Assembly (NCBI GenBank): GCA_012514555.1
Contig: JAAZAB010000359.1
Span: 1-51,495, forward strand
Direction of reading: 5' to 3'
Source of the DNA: Lentisphaerota bacterium
GTDB taxonomy: Bacteria > Verrucomicrobiota > Kiritimatiellia > JAAZAB01
Length of the DNA stretch: 51,495 bases
Of the stretch, positions 1 to 9,354 are shown piece by piece (the first letter of the stretch is position 1; every line of letters begins with the position of its first letter). The position numbers were made by a program, and so were the translations under genes. A model generated the notes under the pieces. That model was not told the DNA's origin and did not search any database. It saw only the letters and a list, made by a program, of their open reading frames with translations.

Positions 1-292
1 GCAGGTCAACGGAGACGGGGCTGTTGTCCGGGTTTGAAGGCATGACGGGCTTCATGTGCTTCCACCAGCGCTTGCATACATCGGTCTGGGCCACGGCATT
101 CCAGCGCTCCTCGCTTTCGATCTCGACGTACGCGAAAAGGGAGTGTGTCGCCGGGTCCAGAAAGATGGAGTAGTTGCTGGCGCCGTGGGACTTCAGGGTG
201 TCTTCAAGCTCCTTCCAGATGGGGTTGTGGCGGCGCTCATACTCGGCGTGCTGGTCGGGGTTGACTGACATGCGGCATGCTTTCCGGATCAT
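1..292 (-). CDS. rhaM: L-rhamnose mutarotase family protein (RhaM/DUF718); 3' end cut by window edge
   Basis: Not in the ORF track because there is no stop in the window. Minus-strand translation from the ATG at 292 gives [97 protein letters not shown]. From memory this is colinear with E. coli RhaM (MIRKAF.M.VNPD.H.EY.RRHNPIW.ELE..LKSHG..NY.I...[22 protein letters not shown]...[10 protein letters not shown]). AAGGAG lies 6 nt upstream of the ATG. Confidence 0.9.
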   Translation of the reverse strand, partial: MIRKACRMSVNPDQHAEYERRHNPIWKELEDTLKSHGASNYSIFLDPATHSLFAYVEIESEERWNAVAQTDVCKRWWKHMKPVMPSNPDNSPVSVDL

Positions 293-307
293 GGCGGCTC
301 CTTTTTT

Positions 308-1492
308 CTAGGCAAGCGGGATTGCTACTTCCGCGCCGCGCCGCTCATCCGAAAGGTAAGCGGCGTAGATCGCGGAAATTGTGTCCGCGGCGAGCTCGAA
401 ATCGCTCTGCGGCTTTTTTCCCTGCGATATGCAGGCGAGAAAATCCTGCATTTCGGGAATGTACCCCAGCGTGATGTTTTCATCGGGCGATATGCTGGTC
501 CAGCCTTCCTTGGTGCTGATCTTCTCCACGGTATAGACGTCGGCGAACTGCGAGCCCCTGGGGTTGAACGTTTCAAGAATGTCCACGGGGCTGAGGTTGC
601 AGCGGGTCCGGTGGTTGTTGGCGAAGATCTCGACATAGTTGTATATGCCGCCGAGCACGATTTCCCCGGAAATCGCGTCGGCCACGGTTCCGTCTTCGAA
701 AGTCACGTGCATCCACCCGTGGTCTTCCGTGTCATGGTATTCCGTGCGGATGAACCCCATGTCCCGGTATGCGGGGAGGCGGGTGATCTGCTCGGTGCGG
801 GCGGTGACGGTTTTCGGGCGGATGGGCTTTCCGCCGCGGGCCAGGCCTTCGACGCGCTTGAGATAGAGCATTGCCGACAGCGGGTGGCATATCTTGCCCA
901 TGAGCGAGCCCCCGCCCTGGAAGCGCCATATTCCGTACACGGGCGAGCCGCTGCCGTTGTGTGATTCCTCCCCGGTCATCCGCAGTATCTGGGCGCCGGT
1001 TTTTTCCACGATTTCGCGTTCCTTCTGGATCGCGGGCGCGTACACGAAGTTTTCCGCGTATCCGAAAGAGACTCCGGCGCGCCGGATAATCTCCGAAAGC
1101 GAGCGCAGCCGGCCGACAACACGGTCCAGCATTGCCGCCTTGGAGTCGCGGTCGCCGCGGTATTCGTCCCCGCACCCCTCGGGCCCGAAATAGCCGGTGA
1201 GCGGCTTTTCGCAGATGATGTGCACGCCCGCCGCGGCAGCCTGTTCCATGGCCTCGTGGTGCGCGTAGGGCGGGGAGCAGATGTCCACCGCGTCCACCGA
1301 ACCAAGCATGGACCTGACGTCCGGAAAGACGGGAATGCCGTGCTTCGCCCCGAATGCAACGCGGCTTTCCTCGCGGAGCGAGGTGACGCCGGCGATCTGG
1401 ATATCGACACCGTGCACCTGGCGCATGCTTTCGACATGGAACCTGCCCGCAAAGCCAGTCCCCACGATGCCTATTCTCACTTTTTTCGCCAT
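308..1492 (-). CDS. Gfo/Idh/MocA family NAD(P)-dependent oxidoreductase
   Basis: 394-aa ORF. N-terminal Rossmann motif VRIGIVGTGFAGRFH and the EKP motif (ICEKPL) typical of the family. True ATG start. The stop lies 16 nt upstream of the rhaM start. Confidence 0.85.
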   Translation of the reverse strand: MAKKVRIGIVGTGFAGRFHVESMRQVHGVDIQIAGVTSLREESRVAFGAKHGIPVFPDVRSMLGSVDAVDICSPPYAHHEAMEQAAAAGVHIICEKPLTGYFGPEGCGDEYRGDRDSKAAMLDRVVGRLRSLSEIIRRAGVSFGYAENFVYAPAIQKEREIVEKTGAQILRMTGEESHNGSGSPVYGIWRFQGGGSLMGKICHPLSAMLYLKRVEGLARGGKPIRPKTVTARTEQITRLPAYRDMGFIRTEYHDTEDHGWMHVTFEDGTVADAISGEIVLGGIYNYVEIFANNHRTRCNLSPVDILETFNPRGSQFADVYTVEKISTKEGWTSISPDENITLGYIPEMQDFLACISQGKKPQSDFELAADTISAIYAAYLSDERRGAEVAIPLA

Positions 1493-1565
1493 GCCATCAT
1501 CTCCGTGAAAGCGATCCGTCGCATCTTGCCCCGGCTTTTCCGCCTTGGCGCTCCGGGCGCAAGTC

Positions 1566-2894
1566 CTACTTGAGAAAGAGTTCGATGACCGGCACCGTGA
1601 CGCCGGGTTTCTTAACCGGAAGGGTGAGCGTCAGGGTGTCGTGCCTGTCCGGGCCCCGCCGCGCCTGGGGCGTCAGACTTTTGCGGAAGCGGATTTCGGA
1701 GGCGTCGTTGAGAAGCTGCGCGTATTCGACGCGCTCCACAAAAGCCTTGCCGTCAAGATGCAGGGCCTGGAACGGCCATGCAAACAGGTGAACGTACAGG
1801 CGCTTTTTCGCGGGGTTGAACGTCAGGCGGCAGTCCTGGGGCGCCTTGAATTCCGCCGGGGCCTGGGTGCAGCCGTAGATGGAACGGGCGTGGCGCCGCA
1901 TCCATTCTCCCATGCCATCCAGCCTTTCCAGGGCACGGCGGTCGAACTCGCCGCGGCCGGTCGGGCCCACGTTAAGCAGGAGGTTCCCGCCTTTGCTCAC
2001 CGTGTCAATCAGCATCTGGACAAGCATGTCAACGCTCTTCCATGACTCTTCGTCGCGATGGTAGCCCCATGAGCCCGAAAAGGTCTGGCATGCCTCCCAG
2101 ACCACCGGCTTGCCGTCAACCTTGACCCACTCCCGGGGCTGGAACTGTTCGGGCGTCTTGATGTCCCAGCCGTCGGGCAGGTCCAGGCGGTCGTCAAGGA
2201 TGACCTGGGGCTGCAGTTCGCGGACCAGCTTGAGCAGCGCCTCGCTCTTCCAGTCCTCGCGCCCTTTTCCGATCCAGTTCGCGCCGCGCCCGCTCTTCCC
2301 TGCCGGGTAGCTGAAGTCGAACCAGAGGATGTCAATCTTGCCGTACTGGCTGAGAATCTCCCGCACCTGGCCGTGCAGGTATTCCGCGTACCTTGCCTGG
2401 ACGCGCTTTGCGTTCAGCTTCTTCCTGTCGGGGCTGTTTCGCATGGAATGCATGTCGTCTATGACGAAATCCGGATGATGCCAGTCGATCAGGGAATGGT
2501 AGAGGCCGACGCGCATGTTCCGGCGGCGGAAAGCGTCAACCATGGGCCGGAGCAGGTCCCGGCCGGCCGGGGTGTTGGTCGCCTTGTAGTCGGTGAGCTT
2601 TGAGTCCCACAGGCAGAAGCCCTCGTGGTGCTTGGTGGTAATCACGAAATACTTCATGCCCGCGTTTGACGCCGCCGCGGCCCATAGGTCGGGATTGTAC
2701 ATGTCCGGATCGAAGTGTTTGAAGTACTTGTCGTAGTCGGCGTCCGGAATCTGCTCGTGGTGCTTGATCCACTCGTGCCGCGCAGGCAGGGCGTAGAGCC
2801 CCCAGTGGATGAACATTCCGAACCGGTCGTTGACGAACCACGAGGTGTCGCCTCGCGGCCGGGGGCTGCTGCTTTCGGCGTGCTTTGATGGCAT
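1566..2894 (-). CDS. alpha-L-fucosidase (GH29)
   Basis: GH29 hallmarks are present: RFGMFIHWGLYA, KYFVITTKHHEGFCLWDS, GLYHSLIDW. I chose the ATG at 2894 (MPSKHAESS...) rather than the track start at 2963 because AGGAGG lies 8 nt upstream of it. Confidence 0.9.
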   Translation of the reverse strand: MPSKHAESSSPRPRGDTSWFVNDRFGMFIHWGLYALPARHEWIKHHEQIPDADYDKYFKHFDPDMYNPDLWAAAASNAGMKYFVITTKHHEGFCLWDSKLTDYKATNTPAGRDLLRPMVDAFRRRNMRVGLYHSLIDWHHPDFVIDDMHSMRNSPDRKKLNAKRVQARYAEYLHGQVREILSQYGKIDILWFDFSYPAGKSGRGANWIGKGREDWKSEALLKLVRELQPQVILDDRLDLPDGWDIKTPEQFQPREWVKVDGKPVVWEACQTFSGSWGYHRDEESWKSVDMLVQMLIDTVSKGGNLLLNVGPTGRGEFDRRALERLDGMGEWMRRHARSIYGCTQAPAEFKAPQDCRLTFNPAKKRLYVHLFAWPFQALHLDGKAFVERVEYAQLLNDASEIRFRKSLTPQARRGPDRHDTLTLTLPVKKPGVTVPVIELFLK

Positions 2895-2959
2895 GGGCTG
2901 TCTTCTCCTCCTGTGATGAATGCCTGCTTTTATAAATGATCGGCGCGGCCGAAGCAAGA

Positions 2960-5900
2960 TCAATGGGATTTAGCGGTATCCCCGGAATGATGGGCCGCGG
3001 GCCGCCCGGTGAAGAGGGTGTAGATCAGCGGGAGCACCAGCATCGTGAGGGCGCCCGCGACGAGCACGCCGGCCACGGAGGCGGTTCCGATGCCCGCTCG
3101 GTTTTCGGACCCGATGCCGGCGCCGATGGCCATCGGCAGCATGCCGAGGCCGGATGCCAGGATCACCATGAGGACCGGGCGGAACTGCTCCGCCATGGCA
3201 GTCAGCATGGCCTCGCGGCGGGATGTGCCTTCGCGGATGTGCTGGGCCATCTTGTCCACGATCAGGATGGCGGGATTGACGACGATGCCGATCATCATGA
3301 GGATGCCGAGCAGGACAAGAATCGTCATGGCGAACTGGCCGATGACGAGCGCCCAGATGACGCCGATCAGGGCCATGGGCAGCGTCAGCAGGACGAAGCC
3401 CGGCCGGCTCCAGGATTCCAGGATGGCGGCGAGTGTCAGGAGGGTGAGGAAGGTGGCCAGCAGGATGGCCTCGCCGAAGTCGGCGACGATTTCCCCGAGC
3501 ATTTCGCTCATCCCGGAACTGCTGAACGAGTAGCCGGCGGGCACGAGCTGCCGCTCGGCGAGCACGCGCTCGATTTCGCCGCCGATTCCGGTCATGGTGT
3601 AGCCTTCCCTGATGTCGCCGAGGATTTTTACGGTGCGCCGCTTGTCCATGCGGTATATCTGTATCGTGGCGCGGTCGTCCACGACGTCTGCGACGGCCTC
3701 CAGCGCGATGGGCCGTCCGTCGGCGCCGGGCAGCAGGAACTGGCGGACCTGGTCCTTTCCGGGCTTTTCGGCGAGCTTCACGCGGATGTCGAAGGTGCGG
3801 TCGCCGCGCTTGAAGTCGGCGGCCTCGATGCCCTCGACGTTGCCGCGGACGATGGTCGCGAGGCGCGCGGCCGGAATGCCGAGATCGGAGAGCACGGCCC
3901 GCTTGGGGACGACGCGGATCTCGGGCTTGGTGTCGCGCACGGTGGTCTGAAGCTGGGCCACGCCCGGGATGTCGCGGATGGCCCCCTGGATGGCAAGCGC
4001 CGTGGCGTCCAGTACGTCCAGATCGTCGCCGGCGAGGTTCTGGTCGATCTGGAACGACTGGCCTCCCATGTGGCCCGGGACGGACGCGGAAATCATGCAG
4101 TCGGTTTCATCGCTCAGCAGGGCGCGGATTTCGGACAGGCGGTCCGTGATGGTCCAGGCGCGTTCCAGCTTGGATTTGAAAAAGAGCTCAATCTGGCCCA
4201 TGTAGACGCCTTCCCTGGCCTGGCCGCTCATGGAGTCAGCCTTGCCGGCGGTGGTGAGTATGTGCTTGATGTCGGAAAACTCCGCAAGGCGCGCCTGTAT
4301 CATGTTTATGCGCGCGACGGTCTGTTCCAGGTTGTAGTAGGGCGGAAGTTCCACGCGTATGAAGACGCGGGCTTCGTCGGCCGTTTCGAAGAAGCTGAAG
4401 CCGAGGCGGCCGCCGGCTTTAAGGGTGAATACGAACAGGGCGGCGAAGCCGAGCACGACGGGCAGGTTGTATCGCTTTTTTCCGGCGATGCGGCGCATGA
4501 CGCCGACGAACCGGAATCCCGCGGCCTGGAACTTCGTGTTCCAGCGCTTGCCGAACCTGGCTAACGCGTTGTCCCGGCGCTTCGAGGCGGGCTCGAGCAG
4601 CAAGGCGCAGAGGATGGGCGTCAGGGTGAAGCTGATGAGGATCGAGACCGCGTTGACGATCAGCGTCGTGACCGCGAATGGCGCGAGCATGCGGCCGGCC
4701 AGGCTCGACATCATGGCGATCGGGAGCATCACGATGACGTTGGTTCCCGCCGAGGCCAGCACGGCCACTCCGACCTCGGAGGCGCCGGCGCTCGCCGCCG
4801 CCCACCGGTCTTCCATGGTCTCGAATTTCTCAACGATGTTTTCCAGAACGACGATGGAATTGGACACCAGCAAGCCCGTGGACAGGCCGATGGCCATCAG
4901 TGTCGGTATGTTCAATGTCTGGCCGGTAATGTTCATGAAGAAGAGGCTGATTACGATGGTTACCGGCATCGTTATGGCCACGATTACAGTGGTTCGGATG
5001 TTGACCAGGAACACCATCAGGACGGTGGCGCAGATCAGCACGGCCTGCCAGACGGCGGAAACGGCGGAGTTGACCGACTCGCGGATATTTTCCGATTCGT
5101 CGGAGACCCAGGTCAGCTCCATGCCGCCGGGCAGGTTCTTCCGGATTTCCCCGAACCGCTTGTGTATTTCCCCGACCAGCGAAACAATGTTGCCTTCCGC
5201 CTTCTTGACGATCTTGAGCACTATGCCCTGCTTGCCGTCGAGGATGGCGCGCTGGCGGACTTCTTCGGTGGCGAGGCGCACGGTCCCGAGATCGCCGAGG
5301 CGGCGTCGCGCGCCGGCGCGGTTGGCGATCTCGAGGCCGGCAATGGCGGCTATCTCGCGGTACTCGGCGTCGAAGCGCAGGGAATATTCGCTGCCCCCTT
5401 CGCGGATGCGGCCGCCGGGCAGGTTGAGGATGCCGCCCTGCAGCGCGGCGGTGACATCGGCAGTGGTCAGGCCAGCGGCGGCGAGGGCGCCGCGGTCCAG
5501 CTCGACCCAGACTTCGCGCTCGTTGCCGCCGATTACCTGCACTTCGCCGACGCCGGGCACCGTGGCGAAGCGATCTGCAATGACGTTGTCGGCGTAGTCG
5601 TACAGGTCGTCAATCGGCGCGTCGCCGGACAGGAAGACGTTGGCTATGGGCGAGGCGTTTATGTTGATCTTCATGATCGCCGGCCGGTCCGCGTCTTCCG
5701 GCAGGTCGGATAGGATCAAATCGATTTTCTCCCGCACGTCCTGTGCCGCTACGTCCACGTCCACGGCCATGTTGAATTCGAGCACGACCTGGGACACGTT
5801 GTCCATGCTCGAGGACTCGATGTGCTTCAGGCCGTCAATGCCGGATACGGCGTCCTCGATGGGCTTGGTCACGTCCTTTTCAATGTCTTCGGGCGCCGCG

Positions 5901-6058
5901 CCGACCCACGTCGTGATCACCGCGACGTAGGGAATGTCAACCGCGGGCATGTTCTCGATGGGAATCTTGCGGTATGAATTGAGCCCGAGCCCGACCAGCG
6001 CGATGAGCAGGCATGACATCGCGATCGGGCGCTTGGTGGAGGCGGTTGCGAGGAACAT
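2960..6058 (-). CDS. RND (HAE1/AcrB-type) efflux permease
   Basis: 1032 aa. AcrB-like N-terminus (KRPIAMSCLLIALVGLGLNSY) and a 12-TM architecture with two large periplasmic loops. ATG start at 6058. Confidence 0.93.
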   Translation of the reverse strand: MFLATASTKRPIAMSCLLIALVGLGLNSYRKIPIENMPAVDIPYVAVITTWVGAAPEDIEKDVTKPIEDAVSGIDGLKHIESSSMDNVSQVVLEFNMAVDVDVAAQDVREKIDLILSDLPEDADRPAIMKININASPIANVFLSGDAPIDDLYDYADNVIADRFATVPGVGEVQVIGGNEREVWVELDRGALAAAGLTTADVTAALQGGILNLPGGRIREGGSEYSLRFDAEYREIAAIAGLEIANRAGARRRLGDLGTVRLATEEVRQRAILDGKQGIVLKIVKKAEGNIVSLVGEIHKRFGEIRKNLPGGMELTWVSDESENIRESVNSAVSAVWQAVLICATVLMVFLVNIRTTVIVAITMPVTIVISLFFMNITGQTLNIPTLMAIGLSTGLLVSNSIVVLENIVEKFETMEDRWAAASAGASEVGVAVLASAGTNVIVMLPIAMMSSLAGRMLAPFAVTTLIVNAVSILISFTLTPILCALLLEPASKRRDNALARFGKRWNTKFQAAGFRFVGVMRRIAGKKRYNLPVVLGFAALFVFTLKAGGRLGFSFFETADEARVFIRVELPPYYNLEQTVARINMIQARLAEFSDIKHILTTAGKADSMSGQAREGVYMGQIELFFKSKLERAWTITDRLSEIRALLSDETDCMISASVPGHMGGQSFQIDQNLAGDDLDVLDATALAIQGAIRDIPGVAQLQTTVRDTKPEIRVVPKRAVLSDLGIPAARLATIVRGNVEGIEAADFKRGDRTFDIRVKLAEKPGKDQVRQFLLPGADGRPIALEAVADVVDDRATIQIYRMDKRRTVKILGDIREGYTMTGIGGEIERVLAERQLVPAGYSFSSSGMSEMLGEIVADFGEAILLATFLTLLTLAAILESWSRPGFVLLTLPMALIGVIWALVIGQFAMTILVLLGILMMIGIVVNPAILIVDKMAQHIREGTSRREAMLTAMAEQFRPVLMVILASGLGMLPMAIGAGIGSENRAGIGTASVAGVLVAGALTMLVLPLIYTLFTGRPAAHHSGDTAKSH

Positions 6059-6073
6059 GTGGGAACTCCGGGT

Positions 6074-7240
6074 TTATCGCTCTTCGACGGCCATGCCGTC
6101 GCGCAACTGGGTCTGGCCTTCGGTCACGACTTTTTCCCCGGCCTCGACGCCGGAGAGTATCTCGGTCCATTCGTCGTTCTGGAGCCCGGTGCTGACTTCG
6201 CGGGACGCGGCCTTGCCGTTTTGCACGACGAAAACCACCTGCTTGCCGGCCCGGCGCAGAACGGACGCGGCCGGCACGCCGAGCCCCTGGCGCGTTTCGA
6301 ACACGATGGCCAGGTCTGCCATCTGGCCGGGCACGGCAAGCGCTCCGGCGTTTTCCAGGATGCCCTTGATTTCGAACGTGCGCAGGCTGGGGTTGATCGT
6401 CGGGCTGCGGTAGGTGACGGTATGTTCGCCCGAGTCGCGCCCGCTGACTGCGAGGCGGAACCTTGTTTTGCCGGGCTCAACCTCCGGGTAGTAGTGGGCG
6501 GGGAGGAAGGCGGCGGCTTCGACCGTGGCCAGGTCGTCTATGCGAAGGATGACGTTGCCGACTGCCATGTATTCTCCCGGCTCGGCGGTTCGGGAGCTGA
6601 TTACGCCCGAGATGGGCGCCATGATTTTCGTGTCGTCGAGGTTCTTCTGCGCCATTGCCAGGGAGGCTTCGGCCTGTTTGACCTGGCGCTCCGCGAGGTC
6701 CACCTGGGCGTCGGCAACGGCGATGCCGGCCCTGGCCTGCGCGATCGCCACTTCCGCGGCTTCAAATTCGTTGAGGCTGACCTTGCCGTCCTTGTGGAGG
6801 CGGGTGAAGCGCTCGAAATCGAGAGAGGCCTTGCGCGACTCGGCCTTGGTTTTCCCGGCTGAGGCTTTGGCGACTTCGAGGGATGCCTCGGCGACGGCCA
6901 GGTTCTGCTCCGCGATGGTCAGCGCGTTTTTCCGGCTTGCCGGGTCGATCTGGAACAGGGCCGTCTTGCCGGCGACAACGGCGTCGCCCTCGTCCGCCCA
7001 GAGCGCGTCGAGGTTTCCGGCGGCCCGGGCGGCCACGTTGGCGAAATTCCTGGCTTCGAGTGTGCCCTGCACGGCCAGGCGCCGCTCGAAGGCGCGCGTG
7101 GCGGCTGGGACGGTTCTGACCGCCAGCGCACGGTCAATCTCCCTGGTTTCCGCGGATTCCTTTCCGCCGCATCCGGCCGCGAGCGCGGCGGCGGCGAGGG
7201 GAACGAACAGGAGGCAAATGGCGTTTGGCTTGTTTTTCAT
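6074..7240 (-). CDS. efflux RND periplasmic adaptor (membrane fusion protein, HlyD/AcrA family), lipoprotein
   Basis: Lipobox LAAGCGG follows MKNKPNAICLLFVPLAAAA. Coiled-coil hairpin region and beta-barrel/MP domains are present. Start moved to the ATG at 7240, just before the signal peptide. Confidence 0.9.
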   Translation of the reverse strand: MKNKPNAICLLFVPLAAAALAAGCGGKESAETREIDRALAVRTVPAATRAFERRLAVQGTLEARNFANVAARAAGNLDALWADEGDAVVAGKTALFQIDPASRKNALTIAEQNLAVAEASLEVAKASAGKTKAESRKASLDFERFTRLHKDGKVSLNEFEAAEVAIAQARAGIAVADAQVDLAERQVKQAEASLAMAQKNLDDTKIMAPISGVISSRTAEPGEYMAVGNVILRIDDLATVEAAAFLPAHYYPEVEPGKTRFRLAVSGRDSGEHTVTYRSPTINPSLRTFEIKGILENAGALAVPGQMADLAIVFETRQGLGVPAASVLRRAGKQVVFVVQNGKAASREVSTGLQNDEWTEILSGVEAGEKVVTEGQTQLRDGMAVEER

Positions 7241-7241
7241 C

Positions 7242-8633
7242 TTACTTTCCTGCTTTCTCTTGATCCTTTTGTTCGGGGACAAGCATGGCGCCCATGGCCA
7301 GGTTCAGGGCGGCGATGGCGATCCGTTCCTGGTAGCGGCTCCGGACGAGCTCCACCTGCGCGAAGTCCATTACGGCGCGCGCGTCCAGCGCATCTGAGAG
7401 GGGAATGAGTCCTTCGCGGGCCTTGGCGTCGTAGTCCGCGGACTTCGCGGCGGCGACTTCGTAGGCGCGCTGGAGCACGCGCGCGGTTGCGGCCGCGTCG
7501 CGCGCGGCGGCCTCGGCCGCTACGACCTCCACCATTATGGAGAGGAAGGTGTTCTCGCGCTCCAGCCTGATCTGGCTGCGCTCGACCCTGGCCGCCTTGT
7601 AGCGCGCCACGTTGGCGAGGCCGTCGAACAGCGTCCATGCGGCGTTCAGACCGGAAACCCAGTTGGCGGACTGTGCCGCAAGGTCGTTGCCCGTCCACTG
7701 GCCGGAGGAGAAAATGGAGATCACCGGCAGGAAGTCGCAGAAGGCCTGCCGCACCCGGTGGTCATGGATGACGACCTGGCGGTCGGCGACGGCCAGCTCG
7801 GGGTGGATTTCCAGCGCCTTGAGCACCATGTCTTCCACTGTGAGCGCTGGCATGGAGGTTTCGCCGGTGTCGCCGGACAGCTCGATTTTGGCGGCCGGCG
7901 AAAAACCCATGTCCTTCAGCAGCTCGCCGCGGAGCACGGTCATCCGGCGCCGCGCCTGGTTCAGTTCGGCCTCGCGCAGCTCGGCCGCGAAGGCGGCCTG
8001 GTCGCCTTCCCACGCGGTGACGAGGCCTTCACCGGCAAGGCCCTGGACGCGCTCGGCGGTCTCGCGCGCCGCCTCCATCTGCGACTCGAGCGCCTCCACG
8101 GTCTCCTGCTGGACGAGAACGTTGTAGTAATTGACGCTGGTCTGCAGCACGATGCCCTGCCGCACGTAGTGCCCGGCGACCCCTGCCGCGGCGTAGCCGT
8201 GCCGCGCGGCCGCGTAGAGGAACCAGGTGGACGGCATGAATATGGGCATGGTGATGTCCAGGCTGCCGTCGCCGAACTTCTTATCGGTTATCCCGGGATC
8301 CCTGGCATACGCCCTGTAGCCTGCCGATGCCGCGACTTTCGGCAGGAATGCGGTGAAGGCCACGTTCTTTCCGATGCGGTACAGCTCGCGGTCGAGATCG
8401 GCCTTGCGGACCTCGTAGTTGTTGGTCATGGCGATGCGGATGCAGTCGTCAAGCGAAAGCGGCTTTGACAGCTCGCCTTCGGCGAGGCGGGCAAGGTTGG
8501 TGGTGAAGGCGGCGGTGTGCTCGCGGCGCGCGCGCGCGGGCTCAAAGCTGGAGCATCCGGCCGCCACGAGGGCGGCGAGCAGGCAGGGGGCCGCCTGGCG
8601 GAAAAACGACAAAAGGCGGATCATCAAAATCAT
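7242..8633 (-). CDS. efflux outer membrane factor (TolC/NodT family) lipoprotein
   Basis: MILMIRLLSFFRQAAPCLLAALVAAGCSS is a lipoprotein signal. Two TolC-type repeats follow. The ATG at 8633 overlaps the marR stop (ATGA). The 587-aa track ORF is an artefactual 5' extension through marR. Confidence 0.88.
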   Translation of the reverse strand: MILMIRLLSFFRQAAPCLLAALVAAGCSSFEPARARREHTAAFTTNLARLAEGELSKPLSLDDCIRIAMTNNYEVRKADLDRELYRIGKNVAFTAFLPKVAASAGYRAYARDPGITDKKFGDGSLDITMPIFMPSTWFLYAAARHGYAAAGVAGHYVRQGIVLQTSVNYYNVLVQQETVEALESQMEAARETAERVQGLAGEGLVTAWEGDQAAFAAELREAELNQARRRMTVLRGELLKDMGFSPAAKIELSGDTGETSMPALTVEDMVLKALEIHPELAVADRQVVIHDHRVRQAFCDFLPVISIFSSGQWTGNDLAAQSANWVSGLNAAWTLFDGLANVARYKAARVERSQIRLERENTFLSIMVEVVAAEAAARDAAATARVLQRAYEVAAAKSADYDAKAREGLIPLSDALDARAVMDFAQVELVRSRYQERIAIAALNLAMGAMLVPEQKDQEKAGK

Positions 8634-9127
8634 TCCTTTCGGGTTCGGAGATCGCGTTCGTTTTCGGCGGAAAGCGCGTCGGCGTAGCGGTTCATGAAAA
8701 CGCGGAAGGCTCTCGCGTCCGCCCCCTTGATGGTCTTGATGGCGGAGTTTTCCAGCTTGAGCAGGTCCCTGAAAACGGATTCGGCCAGCTTGTGGCCCTT
8801 TGGGGTGAGACGAATGATCTTGCGCCGCCGGTCCTTCGGGTGGGGCTTCCGGACGGCCAGCCCGTTCTTCTCCATGGAATCCAGGGTGAACGTCATCGTC
8901 TGGCGCGGCATGTAGACGGCGGCCGCCACTTCCGCCGGCTCGGAATGCCCGGGATACAGGTGCAGGTGGAAGAGCGCGTGGCATATGTTTGGCGGCACGC
9001 CCCACTTGTGGATGCGGATGGCGAATTCCTGCCCGATGCGCCGCCAGAACGGGAACATGCTGCCTGCGGGTATTGCGGCGGGTAGTTTAGGCTCCATCCG
9101 CCCGCGTTGACGCGTTTTGCTTTTCAT
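8630..9127 (-). CDS. MarR family transcriptional regulator
   Basis: 165 aa. Winged-helix core ...YMPRQTMTFTLDSMEKNGLAVRKPHPKDRRRKIIRLTPKG... (the DRR motif of MarR). First gene of the efflux operon. AAGGA lies 10 nt upstream of the ATG at 9127. Confidence 0.85.
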   Translation of the reverse strand: MKSKTRQRGRMEPKLPAAIPAGSMFPFWRRIGQEFAIRIHKWGVPPNICHALFHLHLYPGHSEPAEVAAAVYMPRQTMTFTLDSMEKNGLAVRKPHPKDRRRKIIRLTPKGHKLAESVFRDLLKLENSAIKTIKGADARAFRVFMNRYADALSAENERDLRTRKE

Positions 9128-9161
9128 CGCGTTCTATCCTTTTTTTTTTATTCTGCGTGGG

Positions 9162-9189
9162 ATAATACAATATTGGATTATATTGTCAA
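9162..9189 (-). promoter_or_regulatory. candidate sigma70-type promoter of the marR-efflux operon (TTGACA-N16-TATTAT)
   Basis: The minus strand reads cTTGACAatataatccaatattgTATTATcc. The -35 is at 9189-9184 and the -10 at 9167-9162, about 35 nt upstream of the marR ATG. Confidence 0.45.
9167..9186. promoter_or_regulatory. inverted repeat ACAATAT-N6-ATATTGT, candidate MarR operator
   Basis: Perfect 7-bp arms (9167-9173 and 9180-9186) sit in the spacer and overlap both promoter hexamers. Confidence 0.4.
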
Positions 9190-9354
9190 GAGGCGCGGCG
9201 GAAATATATTTTGGCCCTGCACCGGGCGGCGCCCGGGGGGTGGGCGCCGTCCGAAAAGCGGCTTGACTGCGCGGCCTGCCCGTGCGATTCTGCCGGAAAC
9301 GTTCAAGCAAAGGAAGTCGGCGCCGAACGGCGCCGCAACATTACAGGGAGCGCC

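Noticed and set aside
2936-5597. 542-aa and 412-aa plus-strand ORFs opposite the RND permease gene.
   Set aside because: They are antisense to an unambiguous AcrB-type gene. Their composition is low-complexity and rich in D, G, A, R and H, and they have no RBS. High-GC artefact.
7242-9005. 587-aa version of the outer-membrane factor gene extending 372 nt upstream through marR.
   Set aside because: The extension is Pro/Arg/Gly-rich and overlaps the MarR ORF in another frame. A canonical lipoprotein signal peptide begins exactly at the internal ATG at 8633, which overlaps the marR stop.
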